Shown here piece after piece: positions 40,985 through 50,057 of a stretch of DNA of 64,000 nt. The position numbers and the translations under genes are program-made. The stretch covers positions 21,495-85,494 of IMG/VR virus record IMGVR_UViG_3300020215_000050; one strand, given 5' to 3'. Within the stretch, counting starts at the first letter, position 1; each line of letters begins with the position of its first letter. The notes beneath the pieces were generated by a model that did not search any database, had not been told where the DNA came from, and saw only the letters and a program-made list of their open reading frames with translations. Origin of the DNA: a virus.

Positions 40985-42739
40985 CTAGACTTTCTTTTGT
41001 TTCGTATTTATTGGCACCACGGTTTCACCCGAGATGAGGGTATTGGCGCCCGGCTTCTGGCCCCAGGGAGGGGCGGGCTGGGGCTGTCCCGGCATCGGGT
41101 TCGGGGTGCCGTCGGGCGGGATCATGCCGCCCATGCCCGGGTCGTTCCCGTTCGCGGTCGGGTCGAAGGCGAGGATCGGCTCCTGGAACCGGGGGTCGTC
41201 CTTCTCCCCGTCCATCTGCTCGTCCATCTCCTCGATCTCGTCGTCCGTCTGGCGGAGGATCCTCTTTCTGACGAACTCGTGGCTGTAGTACTTGCCGACG
41301 AAGTCTTGGATGTCCTTGGCGATCTCGAGCCTGCGGGAGAGGATCTCGTTCTCCTTCATCTCCGCGAAGTGGTTGTCGATCGCGAACTCGAACCACGCGC
41401 CCCGGTAGAACTCGGGGATGTCCTCCTTGGCGATGATGTTCTTGAGGAGAAGCTGCTTGCACAGGCTCTCGAACAGCAGGACGGAGAACCTCCTCCTCAG
41501 CCTGTCGACGAACTTGGCGAACTTGACCTCGTCCCTCGAGATCTCGGTGACCCTCGACATCGTGAACCCGCTCGTCTCCGGCTCGAGGCGGGAGATGGGC
41601 ACGTTCAGCGCCATGTAGAGGTTCTTCTTGATGAGGTTGATGTCCTCGAGCTGGCTCAGGAAGGTGCCCTGCGAGTTGAGGGTCGTGATCTCCGTGCCCT
41701 TCGAGCCCTCGCGGCGGGAGAGCCAGAAGTCCTCGAGCATGGTCATGAACTTGCGGTCGTCCCGGATCTCGCCGGTGGAGGCGTCGTAGACGAGCTTGTT
41801 CTTGTGCTTGACCATCATGTCGCGCAGGTGCTGCTCGGCCTTCTGCTTGGGCAGGTTGCCGACGTCGATGTAGAACACCCGGCGCTCCGGCGCCCTCGTG
41901 AACCTGTAGATGACGAGGCTGTTCTCCAGCGCCTTGAGCTGGTTGAGGGGCACGATGGCCTTGTGCAGGTAGCCCAGCGTCAGGTTGCCCGACGTGTCCG
42001 TCAGGCCCGACGTGACGTGGACGACCGTGTCCTTGGCGATCCTCAGGCCGGTGATGTTGGAGTCGACGCCCATCGTGTTCCGGCTGTTGGGCACGGTGAA
42101 GCCGACGTCCGAGTACAGGTAGTACTCGTTCTTGAGCTTGGTCAGGACGACGCCATTCTTGTCCTTCTCCCGCTTGACCTCCTTGATCTTCCGGATCTTG
42201 CGGGGGTCGACGTAGCGAAGTTCTTTGATGCCCTCCTGCGGGGCCTTCTCGTCGATGATGACGTGGTAGTAGAGCCGCCCGTCGACGTACCAGCGGCGGA
42301 AGATGTCGTAGGCGTGGCTGTTGAAGTCGAGGAGCTCGACGATCCGGTCGAACTCGGCGTAGATCTTGTCCTGGATGGGCTTCTTCGAGAACGGGCTGTC
42401 CTTCTCGAAGCTCTCGAGGTTGATCTGGACGACGTCCTCGGCGTCGGTGGAGATGGCCTCGTTGACGATGTCGTCGATGGCGTAGTCCACCACCGGGTAC
42501 ATCGACATCTCGCGGTACTTGTTGACGAGCTCCGCCTCGGAGCGGGCCGAGCCCTCGAGGTCCAGGTAGCTGCCGTAGAAGGCGCCCTCGCCGACGATGA
42601 CGGAGCCGTCGTCGTTGGGAGGCGGCACGAAGGACGGTCGCTTCTCCTCGCGCTCCTCCTCCTTCCTGTCCTTGCGGACTATCGTCCAGCCGAACAGATC
42701 GAGCAGGGCGTTGCGCGGATTCGTTGGATCGTCGGCCAT
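40985..42739 (-). CDS. gp20: Portal protein
   Basis: IYRFTRAPERRVFYIDVGNLPK.KAEQ, EDFWL.RREG, RDEVKF.KF. Confidence 0.98.
   Translation of the reverse strand: MADDPTNPRNALLDLFGWTIVRKDRKEEEREEKRPSFVPPPNDDGSVIVGEGAFYGSYLDLEGSARSEAELVNKYREMSMYPVVDYAIDDIVNEAISTDAEDVVQINLESFEKDSPFSKKPIQDKIYAEFDRIVELLDFNSHAYDIFRRWYVDGRLYYHVIIDEKAPQEGIKELRYVDPRKIRKIKEVKREKDKNGVVLTKLKNEYYLYSDVGFTVPNSRNTMGVDSNITGLRIAKDTVVHVTSGLTDTSGNLTLGYLHKAIVPLNQLKALENSLVIYRFTRAPERRVFYIDVGNLPKQKAEQHLRDMMVKHKNKLVYDASTGEIRDDRKFMTMLEDFWLSRREGSKGTEITTLNSQGTFLSQLEDINLIKKNLYMALNVPISRLEPETSGFTMSRVTEISRDEVKFAKFVDRLRRRFSVLLFESLCKQLLLKNIIAKEDIPEFYRGAWFEFAIDNHFAEMKENEILSRRLEIAKDIQDFVGKYYSHEFVRKRILRQTDDEIEEMDEQMDGEKDDPRFQEPILAFDPTANGNDPGMGGMIPPDGTPNPMPGQPQPAPPWGQKPGANTLISGETVVPINTKQKKV
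41005..41012 (-). promoter_or_regulatory. Late promoter (AATAAATA)
   Basis: Inside the portal 3' end, upstream of the gp67 block. Confidence 0.7.
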
Positions 42740-42766
42740 CAGTCCCTCATGGTGTTACGGGACTAC

Positions 42767-43345
42767 TTAGCTGTTCGACGCGCCGGAGCCCTCGCCGCCG
42801 AGAACGTTGTCGTCGTTCTCCATCCAATCGAATGCGAACGTAACGGGGAACTCGACGATGGCGTCGGTGGCGTCCCAGCTCAGGTCGATGGGTGCGACCA
42901 CGGTCGGCCAGGCGCCGATCAGCTTGTAGGTCCTCAGTAGGTTGCCCGCCTGGCCGTACTTGTAGACGTAGGCGTCGGTCTTGTAGGTCGCGGGGTTGGC
43001 GGAGAACGGGTTGAACACGGTGTTCTTCCTGACCGTGTTGATCCTGTGGCTCCAGCGCTCCATCGCCTTGCGGACGAGGTAGTCCTCGTCGTTGATGATG
43101 TTGATCGTCCACTCGGGCCAGGTCCGGTCGCCGTGGACCTTCACCTTGACGCCGAAGTACGGGACCTGGACGACGCCGAGGGTCATGCCCGGGATCTGCG
43201 CGGCCTTCGCCATGAACGTCAGCTCCTGGCTGGCGGCCCCGTCGCCCGTGCCGGCGCCCGGGATCGTCATGCGGACCTCGAAGTGGCTCGGCCTGTCGCC
43301 GCCGAACTGGAGGGCCGCCTTCATCTGCTCGATGTCGAATGCCAT
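42767..43345 (-). CDS. gp19: Tail tube protein
   Basis: GDRTWPEWTI.IINDED, GAWPT.V.PIDLSWD, VTFAFDW. Confidence 0.96.
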   Translation of the reverse strand: MAFDIEQMKAALQFGGDRPSHFEVRMTIPGAGTGDGAASQELTFMAKAAQIPGMTLGVVQVPYFGVKVKVHGDRTWPEWTINIINDEDYLVRKAMERWSHRINTVRKNTVFNPFSANPATYKTDAYVYKYGQAGNLLRTYKLIGAWPTVVAPIDLSWDATDAIVEFPVTFAFDWMENDDNVLGGEGSGASNS

Positions 43346-43368
43346 GTTGGTAGTTTCCCCTTTAGGAG

Positions 43369-44172
43369 TTATTTATTGCGGTTGCGCTCGAGGAACTCCC
43401 GGAGGGTCTGCTTGCCCTCGGGCTCGTAGCCGGCCCTGAGACCCATCCTCCTCTGGGCGTCCTTCTTCCGCTGCGAGCGGAGGTTCTGGATCTCCCTGTG
43501 GATGGGATGGTCCCGGTCGATCTTCTTGCCCACCGAGTCGTAGCCGCGACCGACCTGCGCCTTGAGCTTATTGATCGTGGCGTTGTACTTGGACTCGTCG
43601 AGCTCGACGGACTCATTATAGCCCTTGACCTTGAGCGGTTTTGCACCCATCTTTCGCATCTTGCGATCGTGGGCCCTTTGAATCTGCATGGCAGCTGAGA
43701 CTCGTCGATCGAAGATGTCCCTGTCATGAGGCTGCCAGACCTTCTTTCCCTTGGCAACGGCATCCTCATAGGACTCGTCCACCTCGACGGACTCATGGGC
43801 GTGCGAGTAGGCCTTCTTGTACGCCCTGTCGACCCTCGCGAGCCTGGCGTTCCTCTTTTTGGTCATGGAGTCGAACGCCTCGGCGTCGTCCTTGGCGTCC
43901 CAGAACGCCGCCTTGAACTCCCTCCAGCGCTTCACGGCCTTCGGTCCCGAGGAGTCCTTCCAGGTCTTGCTCTCGTCCAACTCGACCTCCTCGTGCCTGT
44001 TGTAGTAGCCCGTGTTCTTGATGAAGCCCTGGCCGCCCCGCATGACCTTCCGGACCCAGTCGTCGAGGTCGTCCCTCTGCTTGTGGGTCTCGGGTCGCTC
44101 GGCGGGCTGCTTTGACACAGCCGCCTGGACCCTGCGCCTCGCTACGTTCGATCTCGGCTTATAGAGCCTCAT
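43369..44172 (-). CDS. Multi-module internal-head-like protein
   Basis: Three E(E/S)VE(L/V)DES linkers; C-terminal KQTLREFL. Confidence 0.55.
   Translation of the reverse strand: MRLYKPRSNVARRRVQAAVSKQPAERPETHKQRDDLDDWVRKVMRGGQGFIKNTGYYNRHEEVELDESKTWKDSSGPKAVKRWREFKAAFWDAKDDAEAFDSMTKKRNARLARVDRAYKKAYSHAHESVEVDESYEDAVAKGKKVWQPHDRDIFDRRVSAAMQIQRAHDRKMRKMGAKPLKVKGYNESVELDESKYNATINKLKAQVGRGYDSVGKKIDRDHPIHREIQNLRSQRKKDAQRRMGLRAGYEPEGKQTLREFLERNRNK
43370..43377 (-). promoter_or_regulatory. Late promoter (AATAAATA)
   Basis: Upstream of gp19. Confidence 0.75.
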
Positions 44173-44190
44173 CGGGGGAGTCCTCCCTTG

Positions 44191-46242
44191 TTAGAACTTA
44201 CCGATGACTTCCTCGAACTCAACCCCGGTGCGTACCGCGATGAAGTTGAGCGTGATGAAGTTGATCGAGCGGGCCGGCTTGATGTAGATGTCGCCGACGA
44301 ACCGGTTGCTGTCGATGACCTCAGGCGTGTTGTTCGTCTCGTTGCAGACGACCCTGAAGTCGAAGATGCCCCGGCGGCCCTGGACGTCCCTCAGGAAGGG
44401 CTCGACCATGTTCCTGAACTGGGCCCGCGTGAACTCGTCGTTGAACTCGAAGAGGCTGAACTTTGCCGCGGTGGCAATTGCCTTCTCGAGAACGATGAAC
44501 AGCCTCCGCACGTTGATGCGGTCGAAGGCCGACGGCTTGGCGAGGAGGGTCTTGTCGCCGTACAGGATCGTGCCCAGGCCCGGGAACGTGGTCACCGGGT
44601 TGACGCCCGACTTGTACAGCTGGTCCCTCTGTCCCTGGTTCGGGTTGTAGGCCAGCTTGATGATGTTCTTGATCACGCCTCGGTTGAAGCCGCCGGGAGA
44701 CCACCACGGGTCCCTGTCGGTGTCCGTGCGCACGATCAGGCCGGCGATGTCGCCGTTGAGCGGCACCCACCTGTACGCGTCGTTGTACCGATCGTACATG
44801 TACTTGTAGCCGGAGTCCAGCATCGCGTAGGAGCTCGTCGTCAGGGCGTTCCTGAAGTCGATGATGTCCTCGTGCGTGCCGAACGGGTTGTTGACGACGT
44901 CGTTGATGTCCGGGGACACCAGGGCGACGCAGTCCTTCCTCGTGTGGCAGATGTTGTCGATGACGTAGTTGGCGTACTGCTCGCCGTGGACTCCGCCCCT
45001 CGCCTTGCCGCAGAGGATCAGGCTGATGTCGATGTCCTCCGCCGACCGGAACTGGTCGATGGCCGCTGCGAGCCTGGAGACGCTGATGGCGCCCTCGGTG
45101 TCGGGCTGGGTGCCGCCCGTGAAGCTCATGCTCAGCGGGATCGTGTTCGCCATGGGAGCGACGGCGATGGCGTTGGCCGAGGCCGCGCCCGCCCTGTCGT
45201 GCGCCCACCAGACGAACCGGGAGCCGGTCATCAGGACGTCCTTGTAGTAGATGGAGCCGCCCTGCTCGCCCTTGGCGTCGGTCGCCCTCGAGAGGTTCTT
45301 CCACACCTCAAGGATCGTGCCCGGGATGCCCGAGAACTGGCCGTCCTCGTCCGTGACGACGATGTGGAGCTCGTCGCCCGAGGCCGTGCCGTTGGCGTTC
45401 CTCGTCGAGACGTAGATGGAGGCGCCGGGGGCCGTATCGACGACGTCGTAGTACTCCCAGTACCTCTGGATGGAGGAGGTGCTCGTGTTCGACGAGGTCA
45501 GGTTGGCGGCGTCCGCCATGAAGTACTTGGTCTCGAAGGTGATGTTCGCCGTGGCCGTCGCGTTGGCGGTGACCGACGGGGCGGTCTTCGACTTGACCTT
45601 CATGTACTGCTGGCCGATCGTCGAGTTGCCCGCGAGGAGGTAGTCGCCGATCGAGATCCTGCTCAGGAAGCTGTTCGCCGTCGTGTTGCAGACGGTGTTC
45701 GACTCCGTCGCGGAGTTCGCCGTGAGGGTGGCGACGTTGGAGCCGACCGTCCAGGCGACGGTGATGAGGACGTTGGAGTCCGCCGTGAAGAGGTTGCACG
45801 TAAAGGCGTTGGCCGAGTCGCAAACGGCGATCTTCAGCGAGTTGCCCAGGGTGCCCGGGTACTTGGCGTAGTAATAGCTGTTGGCCGCGAAGGAGTCGAC
45901 GGAGTTGACGTAGTCGACCTCGTTCTTGATCTGGCGGTTGACGCCCGTGCCGCCGTCGTAGGCGACTGCGTTGTTCGCGACGTTGGAGGCCGCCCTCGAG
46001 ACGTAGAGCTTGTTGCCGTAGCTCAGGAAGGAGGCGGCGCAGAGCCAGGTCTCGAAGTTGGAGGAGGTCGGCTTGCCGTACCTGAGGACGAGCTCGTCCT
46101 CGTTGGTCACCAGCTCGCGGTCCTCGACGGGACCCCAGGCCATGACGCCGGCGATCGCGCCCTCGGTCGTCGAAACGGCCGGCACGATCGTCGTCAGATC
46201 GATCTCGTTAACCTGGACGCCTGGAGAGACTAGGAATCCCAT
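44191..46242 (-). CDS. gp18: Tail sheath protein
   Basis: SPGVQVNEID, AFDRINVRRLF, KPARSINFITLNF. Confidence 0.98.
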   Translation of the reverse strand: MGFLVSPGVQVNEIDLTTIVPAVSTTEGAIAGVMAWGPVEDRELVTNEDELVLRYGKPTSSNFETWLCAASFLSYGNKLYVSRAASNVANNAVAYDGGTGVNRQIKNEVDYVNSVDSFAANSYYYAKYPGTLGNSLKIAVCDSANAFTCNLFTADSNVLITVAWTVGSNVATLTANSATESNTVCNTTANSFLSRISIGDYLLAGNSTIGQQYMKVKSKTAPSVTANATATANITFETKYFMADAANLTSSNTSTSSIQRYWEYYDVVDTAPGASIYVSTRNANGTASGDELHIVVTDEDGQFSGIPGTILEVWKNLSRATDAKGEQGGSIYYKDVLMTGSRFVWWAHDRAGAASANAIAVAPMANTIPLSMSFTGGTQPDTEGAISVSRLAAAIDQFRSAEDIDISLILCGKARGGVHGEQYANYVIDNICHTRKDCVALVSPDINDVVNNPFGTHEDIIDFRNALTTSSYAMLDSGYKYMYDRYNDAYRWVPLNGDIAGLIVRTDTDRDPWWSPGGFNRGVIKNIIKLAYNPNQGQRDQLYKSGVNPVTTFPGLGTILYGDKTLLAKPSAFDRINVRRLFIVLEKAIATAAKFSLFEFNDEFTRAQFRNMVEPFLRDVQGRRGIFDFRVVCNETNNTPEVIDSNRFVGDIYIKPARSINFITLNFIAVRTGVEFEEVIGKF

Positions 46243-46275
46243 CTTTTCCCCCTAAGTGTGATTATTCTTTGGCGG

Positions 46276-46283
46276 TATTTATG
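46276..46283 (-). promoter_or_regulatory. Late promoter (CATAAATA)
   Basis: Upstream of gp18. Confidence 0.75.
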
Positions 46284-46320
46284 GAAGGGGTTCCTTTGAT
46301 AAATGGGCGAGGGTGACTTA

Positions 46321-46554
46321 ATGCCTCGCAGACTGTCATATAGAGCCCGAAAACACCTGAGCGCCATGCGACTCGGTGAGGGGAACCCCATGCACGGTCG
46401 GTCGCACGATTTGTCATCACGGCAAAAGATGTCGCGGGTTAGGACGGGCAAGACGTGGGTCTTCGACCTCCTCTCAGGCGAGACGAGGTGCGTGGCTGGT
46501 AACCTCCTGGAAAGGCTCCTAAGGGAAGGCTGGGTCCGGGGCCGCCGGTTTTAG
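46321..46554 (+). pseudogene. NUMOD3-like DNA-binding remnant of a homing endonuclease
   Basis: GEGNPMHGRSH...RQKMS...GW.RGR; no nuclease domain; antisense insertion between gp17 and gp18. Confidence 0.55.
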
Positions 46555-48260
46555 TGGAACTTATCCGTCGGCCAGTCGTCGAGCGGGTTCCATCCCCGGA
46601 ACTGCTGCTCGAACTCGTCGCCGTCGGCGGGATCGAGCGGGGTCTCCGACTGCCCGTCGGCGATGAAGCCGAACGGGAGCGTCAGCTCCTCCTGCTGCTG
46701 GAGGATGGCCGCCTTGATGTCGACCTTGTCGTTCTCCTCCTTGAAGTACTCCTGCGTCGTCAGCCAGGCGAACAGGACGAGGGTCATCACGAGGTCGTCG
46801 TGCTTCCCCTCCTCGGCCTCGAACGAGTCCTTCTTCTTCTTGGACGAGAAGGTAGACAGCTCGAGCTTCACCTCCGGGTCCCACACCTCGAACTGGCCCT
46901 TCTCGATCAGCATCTTGAGCTGGGTGCAGCCGATCTTCTTGACCTGCTTGTTCGTGTTGACGCCGAACCGGGCCGCGGCCGCGAAGCCGCCTCCCACCCT
47001 CGTGCCCGTCTTGGCCTTGACTGTCGTCATGATGACGTTGTCGTACTCGAGGTGGTAGAGCAGGCCCTCGACGACGGACACGCCGGCGTCGTTGGACTCG
47101 ACCAGGGCGACGGCCCGGTTGTACTTCAGGCAGACGTTGTAGACGACGTCGGCGAGCGCGATGGGCGGGATCTCGTTGTTACGGTAGGTCGCCACCACCT
47201 CGTAGGGGAGGGTCGTGATGTCGACCACCGTGAAGGCGGAGTAGTCGAGGCGGACGCCCCTCGCGACGTCGACCGTGCAGACGTACTGGTGACCCTCGGC
47301 GGGGTGGGCGAAGACCTTGATCTTGGGCGAGTCCGTCACCTCGATGGGGTTCTTGACCTTCATCGCCGCGAGGACCTTGCCGTTGATGAGGGTGCCCGCG
47401 GAGCCCAGGAACTCGGTGTTGAACTCCTGGTCGAACTCGTCCTGGGTCATCTGCGAGAGCATCTCGCCCTTCCACTTCTCGTCCCGGCCCGGCGTGTCCC
47501 ACCAGTTGCACTCCACCCTCTTGTAGGTGTTCTCGCCGCGGACGGAGCCCATCCAGATCTCGTAGAACAGGTCCAGGCCCCTCGGCGTCGAGGTGATGAT
47601 GATCTTGGTGCGCTTGCCCTTGGAGATGGTGGGGAGGACCGACTTCCAGAACTCGTGCTGCATGTTCGGGTGGACGTGGCAGAACTCGTCCATGTAGACG
47701 AGGTTGAAGGTCGAGCCGCGGATGGCGCTCGTCGTCGTGGCGCCGCACATCACGCCCGAGCCGTTGCCGAGCTGGATCGACGTCTTGTTCCACGTCACGA
47801 TGGGCTGCTGGAGCCAGGGCGGCAGGTACTCGTAGGCGAGCCGGAGGCGGTTCATGATCGTGTCCCGGGCCTGGGACAGCTTGTTCGACACGATCGCGAT
47901 CTGGTAGCGCCTCTCGAAGAGCAGGTGCCACAGGATGATGCCGACGACGATCGTCGTCTTCCCGCTCTGGCGGGGGAGCTTGCAGATGGTGAACCTGTTC
48001 TTGCAGGCCTTCTCCGCCATCTCGAGCTGGTACGAGTAGGGCTCGAAGGCGACGAGGCCTCGGTCGGGGTCGACGATCCTGACGTACTTGCGGATGAAGT
48101 ACTCGTGGTCGACGACGCACCGCTGGTACTCGTCGACCATCTCTTGGGTCCACTCGAAGGAGACCCCGGGCTTGTACAGGCGCGGGTTGCCGCGGAAGCC
48201 GAGCGCCCCCTGGACGAGCTTTGCCTCGATCTTGGGCTGGAAGAGCTGGGTCTCGGTCAT
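46551..48260 (-). CDS. gp17: Terminase large subunit
   Basis: PRQSGKTT, YMDEF, STPRG, HDDLVM. Confidence 0.98.
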   Translation of the reverse strand: MTETQLFQPKIEAKLVQGALGFRGNPRLYKPGVSFEWTQEMVDEYQRCVVDHEYFIRKYVRIVDPDRGLVAFEPYSYQLEMAEKACKNRFTICKLPRQSGKTTIVVGIILWHLLFERRYQIAIVSNKLSQARDTIMNRLRLAYEYLPPWLQQPIVTWNKTSIQLGNGSGVMCGATTTSAIRGSTFNLVYMDEFCHVHPNMQHEFWKSVLPTISKGKRTKIIITSTPRGLDLFYEIWMGSVRGENTYKRVECNWWDTPGRDEKWKGEMLSQMTQDEFDQEFNTEFLGSAGTLINGKVLAAMKVKNPIEVTDSPKIKVFAHPAEGHQYVCTVDVARGVRLDYSAFTVVDITTLPYEVVATYRNNEIPPIALADVVYNVCLKYNRAVALVESNDAGVSVVEGLLYHLEYDNVIMTTVKAKTGTRVGGGFAAAARFGVNTNKQVKKIGCTQLKMLIEKGQFEVWDPEVKLELSTFSSKKKKDSFEAEEGKHDDLVMTLVLFAWLTTQEYFKEENDKVDIKAAILQQQEELTLPFGFIADGQSETPLDPADGDEFEQQFRGWNPLDDWPTDKFH

Positions 48261-48261
48261 G

Positions 48262-48519
48262 CTACTTTCGGCGTCTGACGCCCATGTACGCGATGACGCC
48301 GGCCTGGGTGACCACCACGAAGGCGAGGAACTTCGACCACCACTGGGCGTCGGCCCTCACGGCCTCCGTCGTCTCGTTCTTCATGTTGTGGAACCAGCTC
48401 CGGTCCTCCTGCCACTGGACCCTCTCGGGCGCGGGAGGACGGGGCAGGGCCCGGTCCGTGACGACCATCGCCGGGAAGGACAGGGCGGAGCAGATGAATG
48501 CGACGAGGAGGAGCTTCAT
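48262..48519 (-). CDS. Small membrane protein
   Basis: Signal-like N-terminus and C-terminal TM segment. Confidence 0.5.
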   Translation of the reverse strand: MKLLLVAFICSALSFPAMVVTDRALPRPPAPERVQWQEDRSWFHNMKNETTEAVRADAQWWSKFLAFVVVTQAGVIAYMGVRRRK

Positions 48520-48815
48520 ACCCGGAACACCCTGATGTGGGGATAGGCGTGCTTCAGCTCCTTGACGATTGAGCGCACCTCCCCCAGGTTGTTGGCGCCC
48601 TGGGCGTCCCACTCGTGCTCGCCGACGGGCTGGACGAGGTACTTGCCGGGATAGAAGAGCGGGGTCGACACCTCGGCGTGCATGGCGTCGCGGAGCCCCC
48701 AGTAAACGGCCTGCGGGATCGGGTGCCCGTGGGCGTCCCGCTGGTCGCGGGCCTGCATCGACCAGTCGAGGTCCTTCTTGCGGACCTCGTTGATGTACTG
48801 GCAGAAGGTCTTCAT
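48516..48815 (-). CDS. Putative internal head protein
   Basis: MKTFCQYINE, like the T4 capsid-targeting sequence. Confidence 0.5.
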   Translation of the reverse strand: MKTFCQYINEVRKKDLDWSMQARDQRDAHGHPIPQAVYWGLRDAMHAEVSTPLFYPGKYLVQPVGEHEWDAQGANNLGEVRSIVKELKHAYPHIRVFRV

Positions 48816-49234
48816 TCCATCTCGTCCTCTTCCGCGGGCTTCAGCCTCTTGAGCAGCTCGTCGGGGCTCAGGATGAGGATGTTGTTCACGGGCCCGGCGG
48901 ACGGCTTGTCCTGCTCCTCGGTGTCCATCCTCTCCTCGCGGTTCATGTCGAGGAGGCTCCTGTTCGCCTGGATCATGGTCGTGACCATGCGGTCGAGCAC
49001 CTCGTAGTCGCGGGCCTGCTGGCTCTGGGAGGCGTTCTGCTTGAGGTCGTTGATCGCCTCCATGCCGATCTCGATGACCTCCTTGACGTTCTTCCTCGCG
49101 AGGTCGAAGTCGGGGTCCGTCGTCTTGATGGGCACGAGCTCCCCCGTCTTGGGGTCGTAGGTCTCGACCTCCTGCTTGGGGGCGGGTTTCCTGTCGAGGA
49201 AGTCGTCGATCTTCTGGTTCGAGTCGCTAGGCAT
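48812..49234 (-). CDS. gp16: Terminase small subunit
   Basis: DFDLARKN...G..A...L...A..SQ.ARDYEV...NNI.I.S..ELLK.L. Confidence 0.88.
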   Translation of the reverse strand: MPSDSNQKIDDFLDRKPAPKQEVETYDPKTGELVPIKTTDPDFDLARKNVKEVIEIGMEAINDLKQNASQSQQARDYEVLDRMVTTMIQANRSLLDMNREERMDTEEQDKPSAGPVNNILILSPDELLKRLKPAEEDEME

Positions 49235-50045
49235 CGGGCCACTCCTCGTGGGTTATGATGTAGCCCCAGTCGTCGTCCTCGTCGATGAGGTCGATCGAGA
49301 CGGACTCGGCGAGCACCGTCGTCGGCTCGCCGTTCGCCGTGAGGCCCGGGCGTATCGTGACGGTGGAGGACGGCAGCGTGTTGCCGACGTCCGTGTTCGC
49401 GTAGAAGTTGGTCTCCGCGATCTTGATGATCTTCCTCTCCCTGACCGGGCCGTAGAGCTGGACCTTCATCGTGAAGGCGAGCTGCCAGATCACCATCCGC
49501 CTCTTCTCGAAGCCCTGGTCGTAGGTGTCCTCGTTGGAGATGGACACGAGCTCGACGGGGCAGTCGGTGGCGATGTCTGGCATCTCGTCGAGGATCTTGA
49601 CCGTCACCGTCCAGTCGGGGGTGAAGAAGGGCACGATCTGCTCGACGATCCTCAGCGCGTCCTCGCTCCTGTTGGCGAGGATCGACACCTCGAAGTCGAG
49701 GTTGTAGGGTACCGGGACGTAGACGCCGTCGTACTGGTTGTCGTCCGCCGTGCTCTCGGCGGCGATGCGGATCGTGCTCGGCAGCTTCCTGACCGGCGCG
49801 TAGTTCATGCTCCGCATGACGAAGGCGATCCTGGGCATCGTCAGGTTCTGGCTTGGGAGCGCGTTGGGGTCCTCCTCGACGCGGGCGAGCCACCTCTCCC
49901 TCGGCCCGTAGCTGATGGGCACGCGGATCCGCTGGTCCTCGCCGCCGTCGGAGTCCGTCCTCGAGACGACGATGTCGTTGAAGAGGGTGCCGAAGACGAC
50001 GATGAACTTCCTCAGCTGGGCGTGGTAGAAGTCGTTTCCGAACAT
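49227..50045 (-). CDS. gp15: Tail terminator/sheath stabiliser
   Basis: FYH..LRK.I..FGTLFNDI, VPISYGP, VPYNL.F, IVEQI.P.F.P. Confidence 0.95.
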   Translation of the reverse strand: MFGNDFYHAQLRKFIVVFGTLFNDIVVSRTDSDGGEDQRIRVPISYGPRERWLARVEEDPNALPSQNLTMPRIAFVMRSMNYAPVRKLPSTIRIAAESTADDNQYDGVYVPVPYNLDFEVSILANRSEDALRIVEQIVPFFTPDWTVTVKILDEMPDIATDCPVELVSISNEDTYDQGFEKRRMVIWQLAFTMKVQLYGPVRERKIIKIAETNFYANTDVGNTLPSSTVTIRPGLTANGEPTTVLAESVSIDLIDEDDDWGYIITHEEWPDA

Positions 50046-50049
50046 GTTC

Positions 50050-50057
50050 TATTTAGT
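50050..50057 (-). promoter_or_regulatory. Late promoter (ACTAAATA)
   Basis: Upstream of gp15. Confidence 0.7.

Noticed and set aside
26861-48260. Introns or inteins in gp46, gp47, uvsW, gp20, gp23 and gp17
   Set aside because: Lengths and motif spacing are normal, with no interruptions.
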